Counted from the stretch's first letter, positions 23,991 through 35,179 are shown. The stretch: 64,000 bases of DNA from an uncultured Prevotella sp. (GCA_900554695.1 USHV01000004.1:17159-81158); one strand, 5' to 3'. Numbers and translations: made by a program. Notes: a model not told the origin generated them from the sequence alone.

Positions 23991-24371
23991 ATGGCAATAA
24001 GAATTGTTGGAGTAGATTTGCCCCAGAATAAGCGTGGCGAAATCGCATTGACCTATATTTATGGTATAGGTCGAAGTAGTTCAGCAAAGATATTGGATAA
24101 AGCCGGTGTCAGCCGCGATCTGAAGGTAAGCGAGTGGACAGATGATCAGGCTTCCAAGATCCGTGAAATTATCGGCGCTGAATTTAAAGTTGAAGGTGAT
24201 CTTCGTGCAGAGATCCAGATGAATATCAAGCGTCTCATGGATATTGGTTGCTATCGTGGAATCCGTCATCGTAATGGTCTTCCTGTTCGCGGTCAGAGCA
24301 CAAAAAACAATGCCCGTACACGTAAAGGAAAGAAGAAGACTGTTGCTAACAAGAAGAAAGCTACTAAGTAA
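23991..24371 (+). CDS. rpsM: 30S ribosomal protein S13
   Basis: [16 protein letters not shown]. Confidence 0.99.
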   Translation: MAIRIVGVDLPQNKRGEIALTYIYGIGRSSSAKILDKAGVSRDLKVSEWTDDQASKIREIIGAEFKVEGDLRAEIQMNIKRLMDIGCYRGIRHRNGLPVRGQSTKNNARTRKGKKKTVANKKKATK

Positions 24372-24453
24372 AATTTAGTTTGGAGTTGAGAGTTTGGAGA
24401 CGCACGGTCTCAAATCTTTTAACTTTTGACTTTTAACTTTTAACTAAAAAATT

Positions 24454-24843
24454 ATGGCAAAGAAAACAGCAACATCCAAAAAAAGAAATGTGAAGGTTGA
24501 CGCAATGGGACAACTTCACATTCACAGTTCTTTCAATAACATTATTGTATCTTTAGCAAATAGCGAAGGACAGATTATCTCATGGTCTTCAGCAGGTAAG
24601 ATGGGATTCCGTGGCTCAAAGAAGAACACTCCGTATGCAGCTCAGATGGCAGCAGAGGATTGTGCAAAGGTAGCTTACGATCTCGGTCTGCGCAAGGTGA
24701 AGGCTTATGTAAAGGGTCCAGGTAATGGTCGTGAGTCTGCCATCCGTGGCGTACACAGCAGTGGTATCGAGGTTACTGAAATCGTAGACGTTACTCCGCT
24801 GCCGCACAATGGCTGCCGTCCTCCGAAGAGACGTAAGGTATAA
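24454..24843 (+). CDS. rpsK: 30S ribosomal protein S11
   Basis: [19 protein letters not shown]. Confidence 0.99.
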   Translation: MAKKTATSKKRNVKVDAMGQLHIHSSFNNIIVSLANSEGQIISWSSAGKMGFRGSKKNTPYAAQMAAEDCAKVAYDLGLRKVKAYVKGPGNGRESAIRGVHSSGIEVTEIVDVTPLPHNGCRPPKRRKV

Positions 24844-24894
24844 TCTTCCTGCTATCAATAAAAGTTACATCAATAAAAAGCATTTTATAATATT

Positions 24895-25500
24895 ATGGCT
24901 AAATATATAGGTCCGAAATCTAAGATTGCGCGTCGTTTCGGTGAGCCGATTTTCGGCGCAGACAAAGTTTTGTCCAAGAGAAACTTCCCTCCTGGACAGC
25001 ATGGCAACAGTCGTCGTAGAAAACAGTCTGAGTACGCTGTCATGCTGGCAGAGAAGCAAAAGGCTAAATATACATATGGTGTATTGGAGCGTCAGTTCCG
25101 TAACATGTTTGAAAAAGCAGCTAAGGCAGACGGTATTACCGGTGAGGTTCTGCTCCAGAACCTTGAAAGTCGTCTCGACAACGTAGTGTTCCGTATGGGT
25201 ATCGCTCCGACACGTGCGGCTGCACGCCAGTTGGTAGGCCACAAGCACATCGTTGTAGATGGCAAGGTAGTCAATATACCTTCATATGCAGTTAAGCCAG
25301 GCCAGATAGTAGGAGTGCGTGAAAAGTCAAAGTCTCTTGAGGTTATTGAGGCTGCTCTTGCTGGATTCAATCACAGCAAATATCCATGGATTGAGTGGGA
25401 TGCAAACACCAAGAGCGGTAAGTTCCTGCATAAGCCGGAGCGTGCCGATATTCCTGAGAATATAAAGGAACAGTTAATCGTTGAGTTGTACTCTAAATAA
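24895..25500 (+). CDS. rpsD: 30S ribosomal protein S4
   Basis: [24 protein letters not shown]. Confidence 0.99.
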   Translation: MAKYIGPKSKIARRFGEPIFGADKVLSKRNFPPGQHGNSRRRKQSEYAVMLAEKQKAKYTYGVLERQFRNMFEKAAKADGITGEVLLQNLESRLDNVVFRMGIAPTRAAARQLVGHKHIVVDGKVVNIPSYAVKPGQIVGVREKSKSLEVIEAALAGFNHSKYPWIEWDANTKSGKFLHKPERADIPENIKEQLIVELYSK

Positions 25501-25512
25501 ATCATTAAATTA

Positions 25513-26505
25513 ATGGCGATATTAGCATTTCAAAAACCTGACAAAGTTGTAATGTTGGAGGCCAACGACAAATTCGGCAAGTTCGAATTTCGTCCACTTG
25601 AGCCGGGCTTCGGCGTTACCATAGGTAATGCGTTGCGCCGCATACTTCTTTCGTCGCTTGAGGGATATGCCATCAACACAGTGCGTATCTCTGGTGTAGA
25701 GCATGAGTTCTCATCAGTTCCGGGCGTGAAGGAAGACGTGACCAACATTATCTTGAATTTGAAACAAGTAAGATTCAAGCAAGTAGTAGAAGAATTCGAG
25801 AACGAAAAAGTTAGTATCACCGTTGAGAATTCAACAGAATTCAAAGCTGGTGATATTGGTAAGTATCTGACTGGATTTGAAGTGTTAAACCCTGATTTGG
25901 TGATTTGTCATTTAGATGCCAAGGCTTCGATGCAGATAGACCTGACCATCAACCAAGGACGTGGATACGTTCCTGCTGATGAAAATCGTGAGTTCTGCAC
26001 TGACGTCAATGTAATTCCAATCGATTCTATCTACACCCCTATCCGTAACGTGAAGTATTCTGTTGAGCCATATCGTGTTGAGCAAAAGACCGATTATGAC
26101 AAACTGATTCTTGAAGTTAGTACGGATGGTTCCATTAGTCCAAAAGATGCGCTTAAGGAAGCTGCTAAAATCCTTATCTACCACTTCATGCTGTTCTCTG
26201 ATGAGAAGATTACGCTTGAGAATCCTGATCACGAGACCAACCAGGAGTTTGACGAGGAAGTGCTTCACATGCGTCAGTTGCTTAAGACCAAGCTTGTTGA
26301 CATGAACCTCTCTGTTCGTGCTCTCAACTGTCTTAAGGCTGCAGATGTCGAGACACTCGGCGATCTTGTTCAGTACAACAAGACCGATCTCCTTAAGTTC
26401 CGCAACTTCGGTAAGAAATCGCTTTCAGAGCTTGATGATTTGCTCGAGAGTCTGAATCTGTCTTTTGGAACCGATATTTCTCAATATAAATTAGATAAAG
26501 AATAA
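25513..26505 (+). CDS. rpoA: RNA polymerase alpha subunit
   Basis: [37 protein letters not shown]. Confidence 0.99.
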   Translation: MAILAFQKPDKVVMLEANDKFGKFEFRPLEPGFGVTIGNALRRILLSSLEGYAINTVRISGVEHEFSSVPGVKEDVTNIILNLKQVRFKQVVEEFENEKVSITVENSTEFKAGDIGKYLTGFEVLNPDLVICHLDAKASMQIDLTINQGRGYVPADENREFCTDVNVIPIDSIYTPIRNVKYSVEPYRVEQKTDYDKLILEVSTDGSISPKDALKEAAKILIYHFMLFSDEKITLENPDHETNQEFDEEVLHMRQLLKTKLVDMNLSVRALNCLKAADVETLGDLVQYNKTDLLKFRNFGKKSLSELDDLLESLNLSFGTDISQYKLDKE

Positions 26506-26577
26506 TCCGGAATATAAGATTGTGGACACTCTGGTGTCCGCAATCGCACCGGTTTATCGTAAAAAGAAACAAACAAA

Positions 26578-27084
26578 ATGAGACATAATAAAAAATTCAA
26601 CCATCTGGGTCGTACTGCATCTCACCGCCAGGCCATGCTCGCTAACATGGCTATCTCGCTGATCATGCACAAAAGAATCACTACGACCCTCGCAAAGGCT
26701 AAGGCTTTGAAGAAATATGTTGAGCCTCTGCTTACACGCAGTAAGGACGACTCAACTAACTCTCGTCGTGTCGTATTCCGTTATCTCCAGAACAAAGAGG
26801 CTCTGAAAGAGCTCTTCGGTGAGGTTTCTGCAAAGATCGGCGATCGTCCCGGTGGATACACACGTGTTATCAAACTCGGTACACGTAAGGGCGATGCTGC
26901 TCAGATAGCATTTATCGAGCTGGTTGATTTCGATGAGAATATGGCTAAGGCACCTAAGGCTGCCAAGAAGACACGTCGTAGTCGCAAGTCTTCTGCTAAG
27001 GCTGAAACAGCTGCAGAGACAACAGCAACTGAGACACCTGCAACTGAAGCTCCTGCAGCAGAGGAAGCACCTAAGGCTGAATAA
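26578..27084 (+). CDS. rplQ: 50S ribosomal protein L17 with Ala/Glu/Thr-rich tail
   Basis: MRHNKK, RPGGYTR. Confidence 0.98.
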   Translation: MRHNKKFNHLGRTASHRQAMLANMAISLIMHKRITTTLAKAKALKKYVEPLLTRSKDDSTNSRRVVFRYLQNKEALKELFGEVSAKIGDRPGGYTRVIKLGTRKGDAAQIAFIELVDFDENMAKAPKAAKKTRRSRKSSAKAETAAETTATETPATEAPAAEEAPKAE

Positions 27085-27116
27085 GGAAATCGACAGACTT
27101 CAAGTTTTGATATCTC

Positions 27117-27150
27117 AACCGGACTGCATATTATGCGGTCCGGTTTTTTA
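27117..27150 (+). terminator. Intrinsic terminator of the alpha operon
   Basis: AACCGGACTGCATA-T-TATGCGGTCCGGTT followed by T tract. Confidence 0.85.
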
Positions 27151-27691
27151 TTGTGTATGTTTGTATGAGATATGCAATCTACTTTTGTCCGTGACCGTTT
27201 CCGACAAGCATTTTGTCAATGCTTTTATGTATTTATTCCTGACTCTTTCAGAATAAAACAATATTCATAACAGATCTATAGTCAGTATTTCGTTCTGATA
27301 AAGCCTGCATAGTGTTCCTATAAGATCCATTCTGAGCTTTTATAAAGCCCGTATTGTGGCCTTGTAAAGGCTGTATTGAGATTCGATAAAGTCCGTATCG
27401 CAGATATAAACGCCCTGTTCTGTGGTCCGGAACTGGTATTATTATGACCGGCATAACTATCTGTCTTAATAAGGAGCGTGAATATTGGCGAAGCATTAGT
27501 TTCCTGTAGCTTATCAGACTTACATATATTTTATATTTTCATCCCGGTCAGATTAAGTAAAATTATGCAGAATTATTTCATTTCATAGATATATTATACT
27601 ATCTTTGCCATGTGTGTTATATGATACACATGCGGTTATATTGCGCTCAGAATGTGCAGATATCCGTGTTTAATACATAATATTCAGACAT

Positions 27692-28513
27692 ATGAGAAAG
27701 GAATTGATTCTTGCGGCAGCATCGCTTTTCTTGTTATACGGCTGCATGTCGTCATCCGGTTATGGTGCTTATGCCGGTGCCGGTCTTGGTTCTATTCTCG
27801 GTTCAGCCATCGGCGGCATAGCCGGCGGACCGCGCGGCAGCGACATAGGCACGCTTATAGGTATGGCCGGCGGTGCAGCTCTTGGTGGCGCTGCCGGTGC
27901 TCAGGCAGACAGACAACGACAGTCCGCATACGATGATTATGACAGCGCCAGACGTCGTGCTACGGTGCGTCGGCAGAGTGAAAACAGACGCCAGGAGAAC
28001 CGTTACGACGACGCTCAGAGCGGTTTCGATTCGTCTAACACGGGTGATGACAGGCTCTACGACTTCAATAGCAGCGATTACACGGGCGATTACAGTGCTG
28101 GTGAGCAATCTGTCAGTTTGCCCTCGTCCTCGAGCGTTGACGAGCTTGTTTCCGATTATTCATATTCGCCACACGTCGATATTGTCAACGCGCGTTTCGT
28201 TGACGAGAACCACGACAACAAGATCAGTCGTGGTGAGATATGCAAGGTGATATTCGAAATATACAACCGCGGCGACAAACCTGTTTACAATGTTCGTCCT
28301 GTGGTGGTGGATGCCACGTCAAACAAGCACATATACATCTCGCCGAGTGTCCATGTGGAACATATAGCTCCCGGCCGCGGTGTACGTTACACAGCGATAG
28401 TGAAGGCAGACAACCGTCTGAAGAATGGTTCTGTAAGAATATGTGTATCGGTGTTGCACGGCGACTCAACCATCTCAAAGGTCAATGAGTTCACTGTTGC
28501 TACGAGCAAATAA
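27692..28513 (+). CDS. Glycine-zipper lipoprotein
   Basis: LYGC lipobox; GAGLGSILGSAIGG and GMAGGAALGG glycine zippers; TATCTTTG at 27600-27607. Confidence 0.75.
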   Translation: MRKELILAAASLFLLYGCMSSSGYGAYAGAGLGSILGSAIGGIAGGPRGSDIGTLIGMAGGAALGGAAGAQADRQRQSAYDDYDSARRRATVRRQSENRRQENRYDDAQSGFDSSNTGDDRLYDFNSSDYTGDYSAGEQSVSLPSSSSVDELVSDYSYSPHVDIVNARFVDENHDNKISRGEICKVIFEIYNRGDKPVYNVRPVVVDATSNKHIYISPSVHVEHIAPGRGVRYTAIVKADNRLKNGSVRICVSVLHGDSTISKVNEFTVATSK

Positions 28514-28652
28514 TGTATAGAGGGATATGCCGTGTCTTGTGCATATCCTTTTGTGCTGTTATTGATATGTCGGGACAGAGGTCATTCTCTTCCCGCAGCT
28601 TTTTTTGTTGTCTGTGTATTACCCGCTTGTCCGTCTTTATGACGCTCGATGC

Positions 28653-29165
28653 TCATTTGCGCCTGCTTCTGTTTGCGGATCTTTTGCGTGGTGTTGACTG
28701 TCGTTTCTGGTTCTTCTTCCATTCATTTGGTATGGTGTAGCCTTGACTTATTTCTCCGAAGTCAATCTCCGGCAGCTTTATTTCTGATTCCGGTTTGAAC
28801 GGTACGACGTAGTTGTCCACCGGTTCCACGACAACCATTGCCACGCCTTTCGACAGTATGCCGAGCGCTTTTGCCGCGCCCCATGACAGGTCTATTATCC
28901 GTCCCCTAACGTGAGGACCTCTGTCTGTCACTTTTACTATGACCTCCTTCCCGTTTTCCGGATTCGTCACTCTCAGCATGGTTCCGAAGTCATAGGTCTT
29001 ATGCGCGCAGGTCAGACTGTCGTGATGTATACGCTCACCGCTGCTTGTGCGCGCTCCTGTCATCTTTTTCGAGTAATACGAAGCTTTACCCTTCTGTGCC
29101 TGAGGGTACAGAAGAGTAAAGCAGAATATTGATATTATTAATAATAGGCTTCTTCTATATTTCAC
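28653..29165 (-). CDS. rlpA: Septal ring lytic transglycosylase RlpA family (DPBB domain)
   Basis: [26 protein letters not shown]. Confidence 0.9.
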   Translation of the reverse strand: MKYRRSLLLIISIFCFTLLYPQAQKGKASYYSKKMTGARTSSGERIHHDSLTCAHKTYDFGTMLRVTNPENGKEVIVKVTDRGPHVRGRIIDLSWGAAKALGILSKGVAMVVVEPVDNYVVPFKPESEIKLPEIDFGEISQGYTIPNEWKKNQKRQSTPRKRSANRSRRK

Positions 29166-29191
29166 AATATCTGTTTAAGTGATACATTTTA

Positions 29192-30529
29192 TTATACTAT
29201 TCCCTGTGCCATCATGGCGTTTGCAACCTTCATGAATCCGGCAATGTTGGCGCCTTTCACGTAGTTCACGTATCCGTCGTCCGTCTTACCGTATTTCACG
29301 CATTGCTCGTGAATGGAGTGCATTATGTAGTGCAGTTTCTCGTCCACCTCTTTTGCGCTCCAGCTCAGTCTGATGGCGTTCTGTGTCATCTCCAGTCCTG
29401 AAGTGGCAACACCACCTGCGTTCACAGCCTTTCCCGGTGCGAACAGTTGTCCGGCAGCTATGAATTTGTCAACAGCCTCTGCCGTACAGCCCATGTTTGA
29501 TACCTCTGCCACGCACAGAGTCTTGTTTGCCATCAGCATGTCGGCGTCGTCTCCGTTCAGCTCGTTCTGCGTTGCGCAAGGCAGTGCTATGTCGCATTTC
29601 ACTTCCCAAGGCTTCTTTCCCGCGTAGAATGTCGCCTCCGGGAACTCCTCTGCGTAAGGCTGGCAGACGTCGTTGCCGCTTGCTCTAAGCTCCAGCATGT
29701 AGTCAATCTTCTCGCCGCTTATTCCGGCCGGATCATATATGTAGCCGTCAGGTCCGCTTATTGTCACTACTTTCGCACCGAGCTCTGTAGCCTTTGTTGC
29801 TGCACCCCATGCCACGTTGCCGAATCCGCTTATGGCTACTGTCTTGCCTTTTATGTCTATTCCGTGAGTCTGCAACATCTGGTTTACGAAGTACAAACCT
29901 CCGAATCCTGTTGCCTCAGGGCGTATGCGTGAGCCGCCCCATTCCAGACCCTTGCCTGTGAGCATGCCGCTCCATGTGTGGGTCAGCTTCTTGTAAGCTC
30001 CGAACAGGTAGCCTATCTCTCTTGCGCCCACTCCTATGTCGCCTGCCGGGATATCCTCATCAGGACCGATGTGCCTGTATAGCTCACTCATGAATGCCTG
30101 GCAGAATCTCATCACCTCAGCGTCCGAACGTCCGCGTATGGAGAAGTCCGAGCCACCTTTGCCGCCGCCCATAGGCAGGGTGGTGAGCGCGTTCTTGAAT
30201 GTCTGCTCAAATCCGAGGAACTTCAGTATTGAGAGGTTAACCGACGAGTGGAAACGCAGACCACCTTTATACGGACCTATCGCGCTGTTGAACTGTACGC
30301 GATAACCAGTGTTCACGTGCACTTCGCCCTTATCGTCAACCCATGGCACACGGAAAGTTATCACACGTTCCGGCTCCACCATACGTTCTATTAGCTTCAC
30401 GCGTTCAAATTCCGGGTGCTTGTTATATTCCTCCTCGATCGAAAGCAATACTTCTTTTACTGCCTGCAGATATTCCGGCTCGCCGGGATGTCTGAACTCG
30501 AGATCGCTCAAAACTTTTTTGACATCCAT
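29192..30529 (-). CDS. gdhA: Glutamate dehydrogenase (NAD(P)-dependent, ~445 aa type)
   Basis: GPYKGGLRFH, GGGKGGSDF, PAGDIGV, GFGNV, NAGGVATSGLEM. Confidence 0.96.
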   Translation of the reverse strand: MDVKKVLSDLEFRHPGEPEYLQAVKEVLLSIEEEYNKHPEFERVKLIERMVEPERVITFRVPWVDDKGEVHVNTGYRVQFNSAIGPYKGGLRFHSSVNLSILKFLGFEQTFKNALTTLPMGGGKGGSDFSIRGRSDAEVMRFCQAFMSELYRHIGPDEDIPAGDIGVGAREIGYLFGAYKKLTHTWSGMLTGKGLEWGGSRIRPEATGFGGLYFVNQMLQTHGIDIKGKTVAISGFGNVAWGAATKATELGAKVVTISGPDGYIYDPAGISGEKIDYMLELRASGNDVCQPYAEEFPEATFYAGKKPWEVKCDIALPCATQNELNGDDADMLMANKTLCVAEVSNMGCTAEAVDKFIAAGQLFAPGKAVNAGGVATSGLEMTQNAIRLSWSAKEVDEKLHYIMHSIHEQCVKYGKTDDGYVNYVKGANIAGFMKVANAMMAQGIV

Positions 30530-31027
30530 AATATTATTCTTTTAGGTTGGTTTTCGATTTATGTCTTTGTGTCATTACACATCGCAAATATAGCTTTATT
30601 TTGCCTTGCTTCCAAATGAAAAACTCTATTTTTAGTGATAATGTGTTTACAAATGTAAATTCAACCACTTTTGCTTACAACCTGTAAGCGCTGCGCCCGA
30701 ATGGCGTGACAGTCTTTCTCTGCCGGTGAGTCAATCTTGAGTTCTTAATCCTATATATATTATTTCGCTATTGTTGCGTTACTGATAAATCGTGCCGGTG
30801 TCTCCACCGCTTGTCCGTTGTATTGATATCGTCATTCGTTCTTCAGTCACTCATTCCCATGTATGCCTCTTAATCCATCTTCATTATGCGACGGTAAAGC
30901 CATAAATCTAAATATTACACATTATGCACATGTCCATTTCTTATCGAGTCTCAGTCCTTTTCCAAATAAGTGTAATTGTGGCCTGTGTCTCGATATGAAT
31001 GTTATGCACACCATATATATAAATAAT

Positions 31028-31067
31028 AAGACTGCCACTGTGGATGTTTGTTTCAGTGGCAGTCTTT
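31028..31067 (-). terminator. Terminator hairpin downstream of metY
   Basis: AAGACTGCCACTG...CAGTGGCAGTCTT 13-bp stem. Confidence 0.7.
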
Positions 31068-31114
31068 AAGTTTTATTGCAGTACGGCGCAGCGCGCCATA
31101 TCTCGATGTCTGTT

Positions 31115-32401
31115 TTATCCTATTTTGTCCAATGCCTGACGGATGTCATCTATTATGTCGTCGGCGTCCTCAATGCCGACCGACAGTCTCATCAGGTCAG
31201 GAGCTATTCCTGCTTCTCTCAGTTGTTCTTCAGACAGCTGGCGGTGTGTGTGGCTTGCCGGGTGCAGGATGCATGTGCGGGCGTCTGCCACGTGTGTCAC
31301 GATGCTTACCAGCTGCAGCGAGTCCATGAACTTCACGGCTGTCTTCTGATCGCCCTTCAGTCCGAAGGCCAGCACTCCGCACGAACCGTTGGGCAGATAC
31401 TTCTTTGCCAATTCGTGGAATTCGTCGCCCTCCAGTCCGCTGTAATGAACCCAAGCCACGCGACTGTCGTTCTTCAGGAACTCTGCCACGCGCTGAGCGT
31501 TGCGGCAGTGCTGCGGCATACGCAGGTGCAGGGTCTCCAGTCCGAGGTTCAGCAGGAACGAGTTCATAGGTGCCGGTGTCGAGCCGAGGTCGCGCATGAG
31601 CTGTGCCACGAGCTTCGTCATGTAAGCCATCTTTCCGAACGCCTTGGTGTAGGTCAGTCCGTGATAAGACTCGTCAGGAGTGCAGAGTCCGGGATACTTA
31701 TCGGCATGTGCGTCCCAGTCGAAGTTGCCGCTGTCCACTACGCATCCGCCCACCTGTGTGGCGTGGCCGTCCATGTATTTTGTCGTAGAGTGTGTCACGA
31801 TGTCACATCCCCATTCAAACGGGCGGCAGTTGATAGGTGTCGCAAATGTGTTGTCCACAATCAGCGGCACGCCGTTCTTGTGAGCTATGCGTGCGAACTT
31901 CTCAATGTCGAGCACCTTGCAGCCCGGGTTGGATATTGTTTCGCCGAAGAGCAGCTTGGTGTTCGGTCGGAACGCAGCCTGGATCTCCTCCTCGCTTGCC
32001 TCCGGATTTACGAATGTACATTCTATTCCGAGCTTCTTCATCGTCACGCCGAACAGGTTGTACGTGCCTCCGTATATCTCGTTTGAAGCCACGAGGTGGT
32101 CGCCTGCGCCGCAGATGTTGAACACGGCGTAGAAGTTAGCAGCCTGACCGCTCGATGTAAGCATTGCTCCCACGCCGCCCTCGAGTGCCGCAATCTTCTT
32201 TGCCACTGCGTCGTTGGTAGGGTTCTGGAGTCGGGTGTAGAAATAGCCTTCCTTCTTCAGGTCGAACAACATGGCCATCTCGTCACTGTCGTCATATTTG
32301 AAAGTAGTGCTCTGTACTATCGGCACCACGCGCGATTCTCCGTTCTTCGGTTGCCATCCTGCCTGTACGCAGAGAGTGGCAGGTTTCAGATTTTTCTTCA
32401 T
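31115..32401 (-). CDS. metY: O-acetylhomoserine sulfhydrylase / Cys-Met PLP enzyme
   Basis: YTRLQNPT, VDNTFAT, HSTTKY PLP lysine, HPASHTH, RLSVGIE. Confidence 0.9.
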   Translation of the reverse strand: MKKNLKPATLCVQAGWQPKNGESRVVPIVQSTTFKYDDSDEMAMLFDLKKEGYFYTRLQNPTNDAVAKKIAALEGGVGAMLTSSGQAANFYAVFNICGAGDHLVASNEIYGGTYNLFGVTMKKLGIECTFVNPEASEEEIQAAFRPNTKLLFGETISNPGCKVLDIEKFARIAHKNGVPLIVDNTFATPINCRPFEWGCDIVTHSTTKYMDGHATQVGGCVVDSGNFDWDAHADKYPGLCTPDESYHGLTYTKAFGKMAYMTKLVAQLMRDLGSTPAPMNSFLLNLGLETLHLRMPQHCRNAQRVAEFLKNDSRVAWVHYSGLEGDEFHELAKKYLPNGSCGVLAFGLKGDQKTAVKFMDSLQLVSIVTHVADARTCILHPASHTHRQLSEEQLREAGIAPDLMRLSVGIEDADDIIDDIRQALDKIG

Positions 32402-32617
32402 ACTTCTGTCCTTTTGTTATAAGTTTGTTATCACTGTATCCAAATACAGCGTGCAAATTTAATAAAAAACGCTGTAAAAATTACAGATTGTAGTCGTGCT
32501 TTAGGTTTTATTTTATATTTGTTAATTATCCGGACGCCTTTTCTTCGTTTCTATATATGCTGTCGTTATGACTTCATGCAGGTAGTGAAGCAAAATAAGC
32601 AGTCCGGGTTGTCTGTA

Positions 32618-33013
32618 TTATGAAATGAAGAAAAGCACAACACTCACTAAAAAATAAGCAAAAAATACAATCCATAATGCATATGCAGATATTGTCCACA
32701 GCATCTTGCTGATGAACGGTTCTTTTTTGAAAATCGGAATATACTTTTCAAAGATTCCGTCTTTAAAATATTTTTTTTCAATTATGTACATGATATAAAG
32801 ATCAAGAAATAAAGCGGCAACCATGATAGTACAAAGCGGAACAGCTCCCAGTGATATCATATATTTTAGTCCGATGATACTCAGTAAATTGCATATCAAT
32901 CCGCAGACTAATCCGTGTGTTATTAAACCAATTCTTTGGTCTGCTATGTTTTCGATCCTTTCGATGGTTTAAAAACCGTATTTCAATCGGTTTATAAAAT
33001 TCTCTATACTCAT
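32618..33013 (-). pseudogene. Small membrane protein, paralog 2, with premature stop
   Basis: ATG 33013 MSIENFINRLKYGF*TIER... in frame with the 32618-32899 ORF; TAA at 32969-32971 where the paralog has TAT. Confidence 0.75.
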
Positions 33014-33079
33014 TTAATATGTCCCCAAAAAAATATTATGGTGATTATTAATATTGAACAGAAAACCGTAGAAACCGTA

Positions 33080-33473
33080 TTATGAACCGAAGAAAAGCAC
33101 AATACTCACTAAAAAATATGCAGAGCTTACAGCTAATAACGCATACGCAAATATTGACCATAGTGTCTTGCTGATGAACGATTCCCTTTTGAAAATAGGT
33201 TTATACTTCTCAAAAAGTTCGCCTGTCAGAATTTTTCTATTAATCATGCTCAAAATAAATATATTAGACACTAAAACTGTAATCAAAATAGCAGTAATCG
33301 GCACGGCTCCCAACGAAAGCATGTTTTTGAATCCGATGATGCTTAATAAATTGCTTTCTGTTCCTATTGAAATACCAATCTCTATATGAAACCCTTCTTT
33401 CTGCTCTGGCTTCAAAACTTTCAACTGTATAAAAAGCGTATTTTAGTCTGTTAAAAAATCTCTCTATGTTCAT
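33080..33473 (-). pseudogene. Small membrane protein, paralog 1, frameshifted
   Basis: MNIERFFNRLKYAFYT N-terminus and NLLSIIG...VSIVLFF C-terminus are in different frames; adding 2 nt (AT) near 33385 restores colinearity with paralog 2. Confidence 0.75.
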
Positions 33474-33701
33474 TAAGATAATCTTTTATATATCGCATTT
33501 CGCCGGATATTGCTCTACGTGCATGCGCTTTTTGTCCTTCCGGATATGTCCGGCACATGCCATGTCGTTTCTTCTTTTGTCCCTTCTTCCGTGTTTCCCG
33601 CATAGTTGAACGCTGTCCGGTCAGACAAAAGACATACAAAGGTACAAAAATAATATGTAAGTGTGATGCCGCGTGATGTCGTATTTCCTTATGCCGCATA
33701 G

Positions 33702-34781
33702 CTATTTGTAAGCCTTCCTGTCGAGCAGTACACCCCAGGCAAAGTCTTTCACCGCCTTCTCGTTCTCTGCGGTGAACTTTGTCACATGCACCACCTTTCC
33801 CCCGCGCACCTCTCTTATCTCGGCGTCAGTGAATATGTCCGGCAGCCATGCGTGCATGAAAGTGCCGTCGCAGAATCCGTCAGCCTTCTTCTCGGCACCC
33901 GAATATTCGTTGCGGTTTCTGAACTGATGCACCATGTACGACAGCATCGGCACGTTCATGCCGGTCAGCAATCTCCACTCTCCGCTGTTCTCGTCGTTGT
34001 CCTTCGCTTCGCAGTTGTCGGGCCGCAGCAGCACGTTCCACTCGCTCTGACAGAATTTACCTATCCACCAGTTGTCGTTGCCCCAGCTCACCACTCTGAA
34101 GTTGCCGCACACTAAGCGTGACGCCCATTCGTAATGACCGTTATATACGCGTGCGTCGGTATAATACACTATGCATTTCTCCGCTATCGAAGGATCCATG
34201 ACGTATGCCGACGCCAGCGTGGCCGCCTGTCCGCCGATGTTTATTATAACGGGCCGTTCGGGGTCTTTCTCATACTGTTCGTTTATCAGCCTCACATACA
34301 GCCGTGCCCCTTCCGAAGGCTTGTTTTCTCCCGCCTTTTCGCTTTCCGCCTCGGTGCCTATGGTTATGCCGGGTATGCGGTCGGTGTTGCGGCAGCTTCT
34401 CATGGCGTAGTCGCGCGATTCCTCGGCCGTCTTTATCCAGTCAGGATGAGAGAACGTCCAAAAGTCGGTAAGCACGGGCGTCACTATCAGCGCCGCCAGA
34501 TTCATCCTTTTCAGTGCCGTCATGGTATACATCCATTCGTCGTCGAACATGTCGTCATACACATCGTTGTCGTATATCACCGGGTTTGTCACCTTCTTGC
34601 CTTTCTTCACCGTCACGCCGTGTATGTACAGTCCCTTAGGGTAGCCCGGCCTGTCAAATCCCCAGTCGCCGATTTCCGGATTCGGATTTTTTGCCCAGTC
34701 GGTGGTCTTCGGGTTCCAGTGTGCCGCGTGCAGACCTATGCATGCGCACAGCGCGACAATTATCAGTGTAAGTCGTTTCAT
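33702..34781 (-). CDS. Secreted protein, possibly nucleoside-hydrolase-like fold
   Basis: Signal peptide; VIYDNDVYDDMFDD Asp-rich motif and NIGGQAATLA resemble IU-NH motifs; TATATTTG promoter element at 34922-34929. Confidence 0.55.
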   Translation of the reverse strand: MKRLTLIIVALCACIGLHAAHWNPKTTDWAKNPNPEIGDWGFDRPGYPKGLYIHGVTVKKGKKVTNPVIYDNDVYDDMFDDEWMYTMTALKRMNLAALIVTPVLTDFWTFSHPDWIKTAEESRDYAMRSCRNTDRIPGITIGTEAESEKAGENKPSEGARLYVRLINEQYEKDPERPVIINIGGQAATLASAYVMDPSIAEKCIVYYTDARVYNGHYEWASRLVCGNFRVVSWGNDNWWIGKFCQSEWNVLLRPDNCEAKDNDENSGEWRLLTGMNVPMLSYMVHQFRNRNEYSGAEKKADGFCDGTFMHAWLPDIFTDAEIREVRGGKVVHVTKFTAENEKAVKDFAWGVLLDRKAYK

Positions 34782-35179
34782 AGTGGTTGTTTTCTGGTTA
34801 TGCGGTTGCGTTTTTAGTCAGTGTCGGGTCTTATGTGTCCATGAGGCGTTTACGTGCCGTCATGCCATGTGGCTGTCGGTGTTACGATTGCTTGTCCGGT
34901 TATGTTTTATGGTTGTTATGGCAAATATAGTGTTTTAATTTTAAACCGACGTTTTGCCTGCCGTGTTTTTTCTTTCGCGTCATACATAATTGTGTCGCGT
35001 CCTCGATGCGCTTCTTTCCGATGCGGTTGTGCATGGTTGTGTCAGCCCGTTCACGCTGTGTTTTTCCAACGTTCGGAAAATATTCTCGTTTAATTTTATT
35101 AACACTTTTCGCCCGAAACGGTGCATTTTGAATGTTAAATACGGTGCGTATTTTTCTCCGTTCCGACTCACGTTTTAGA

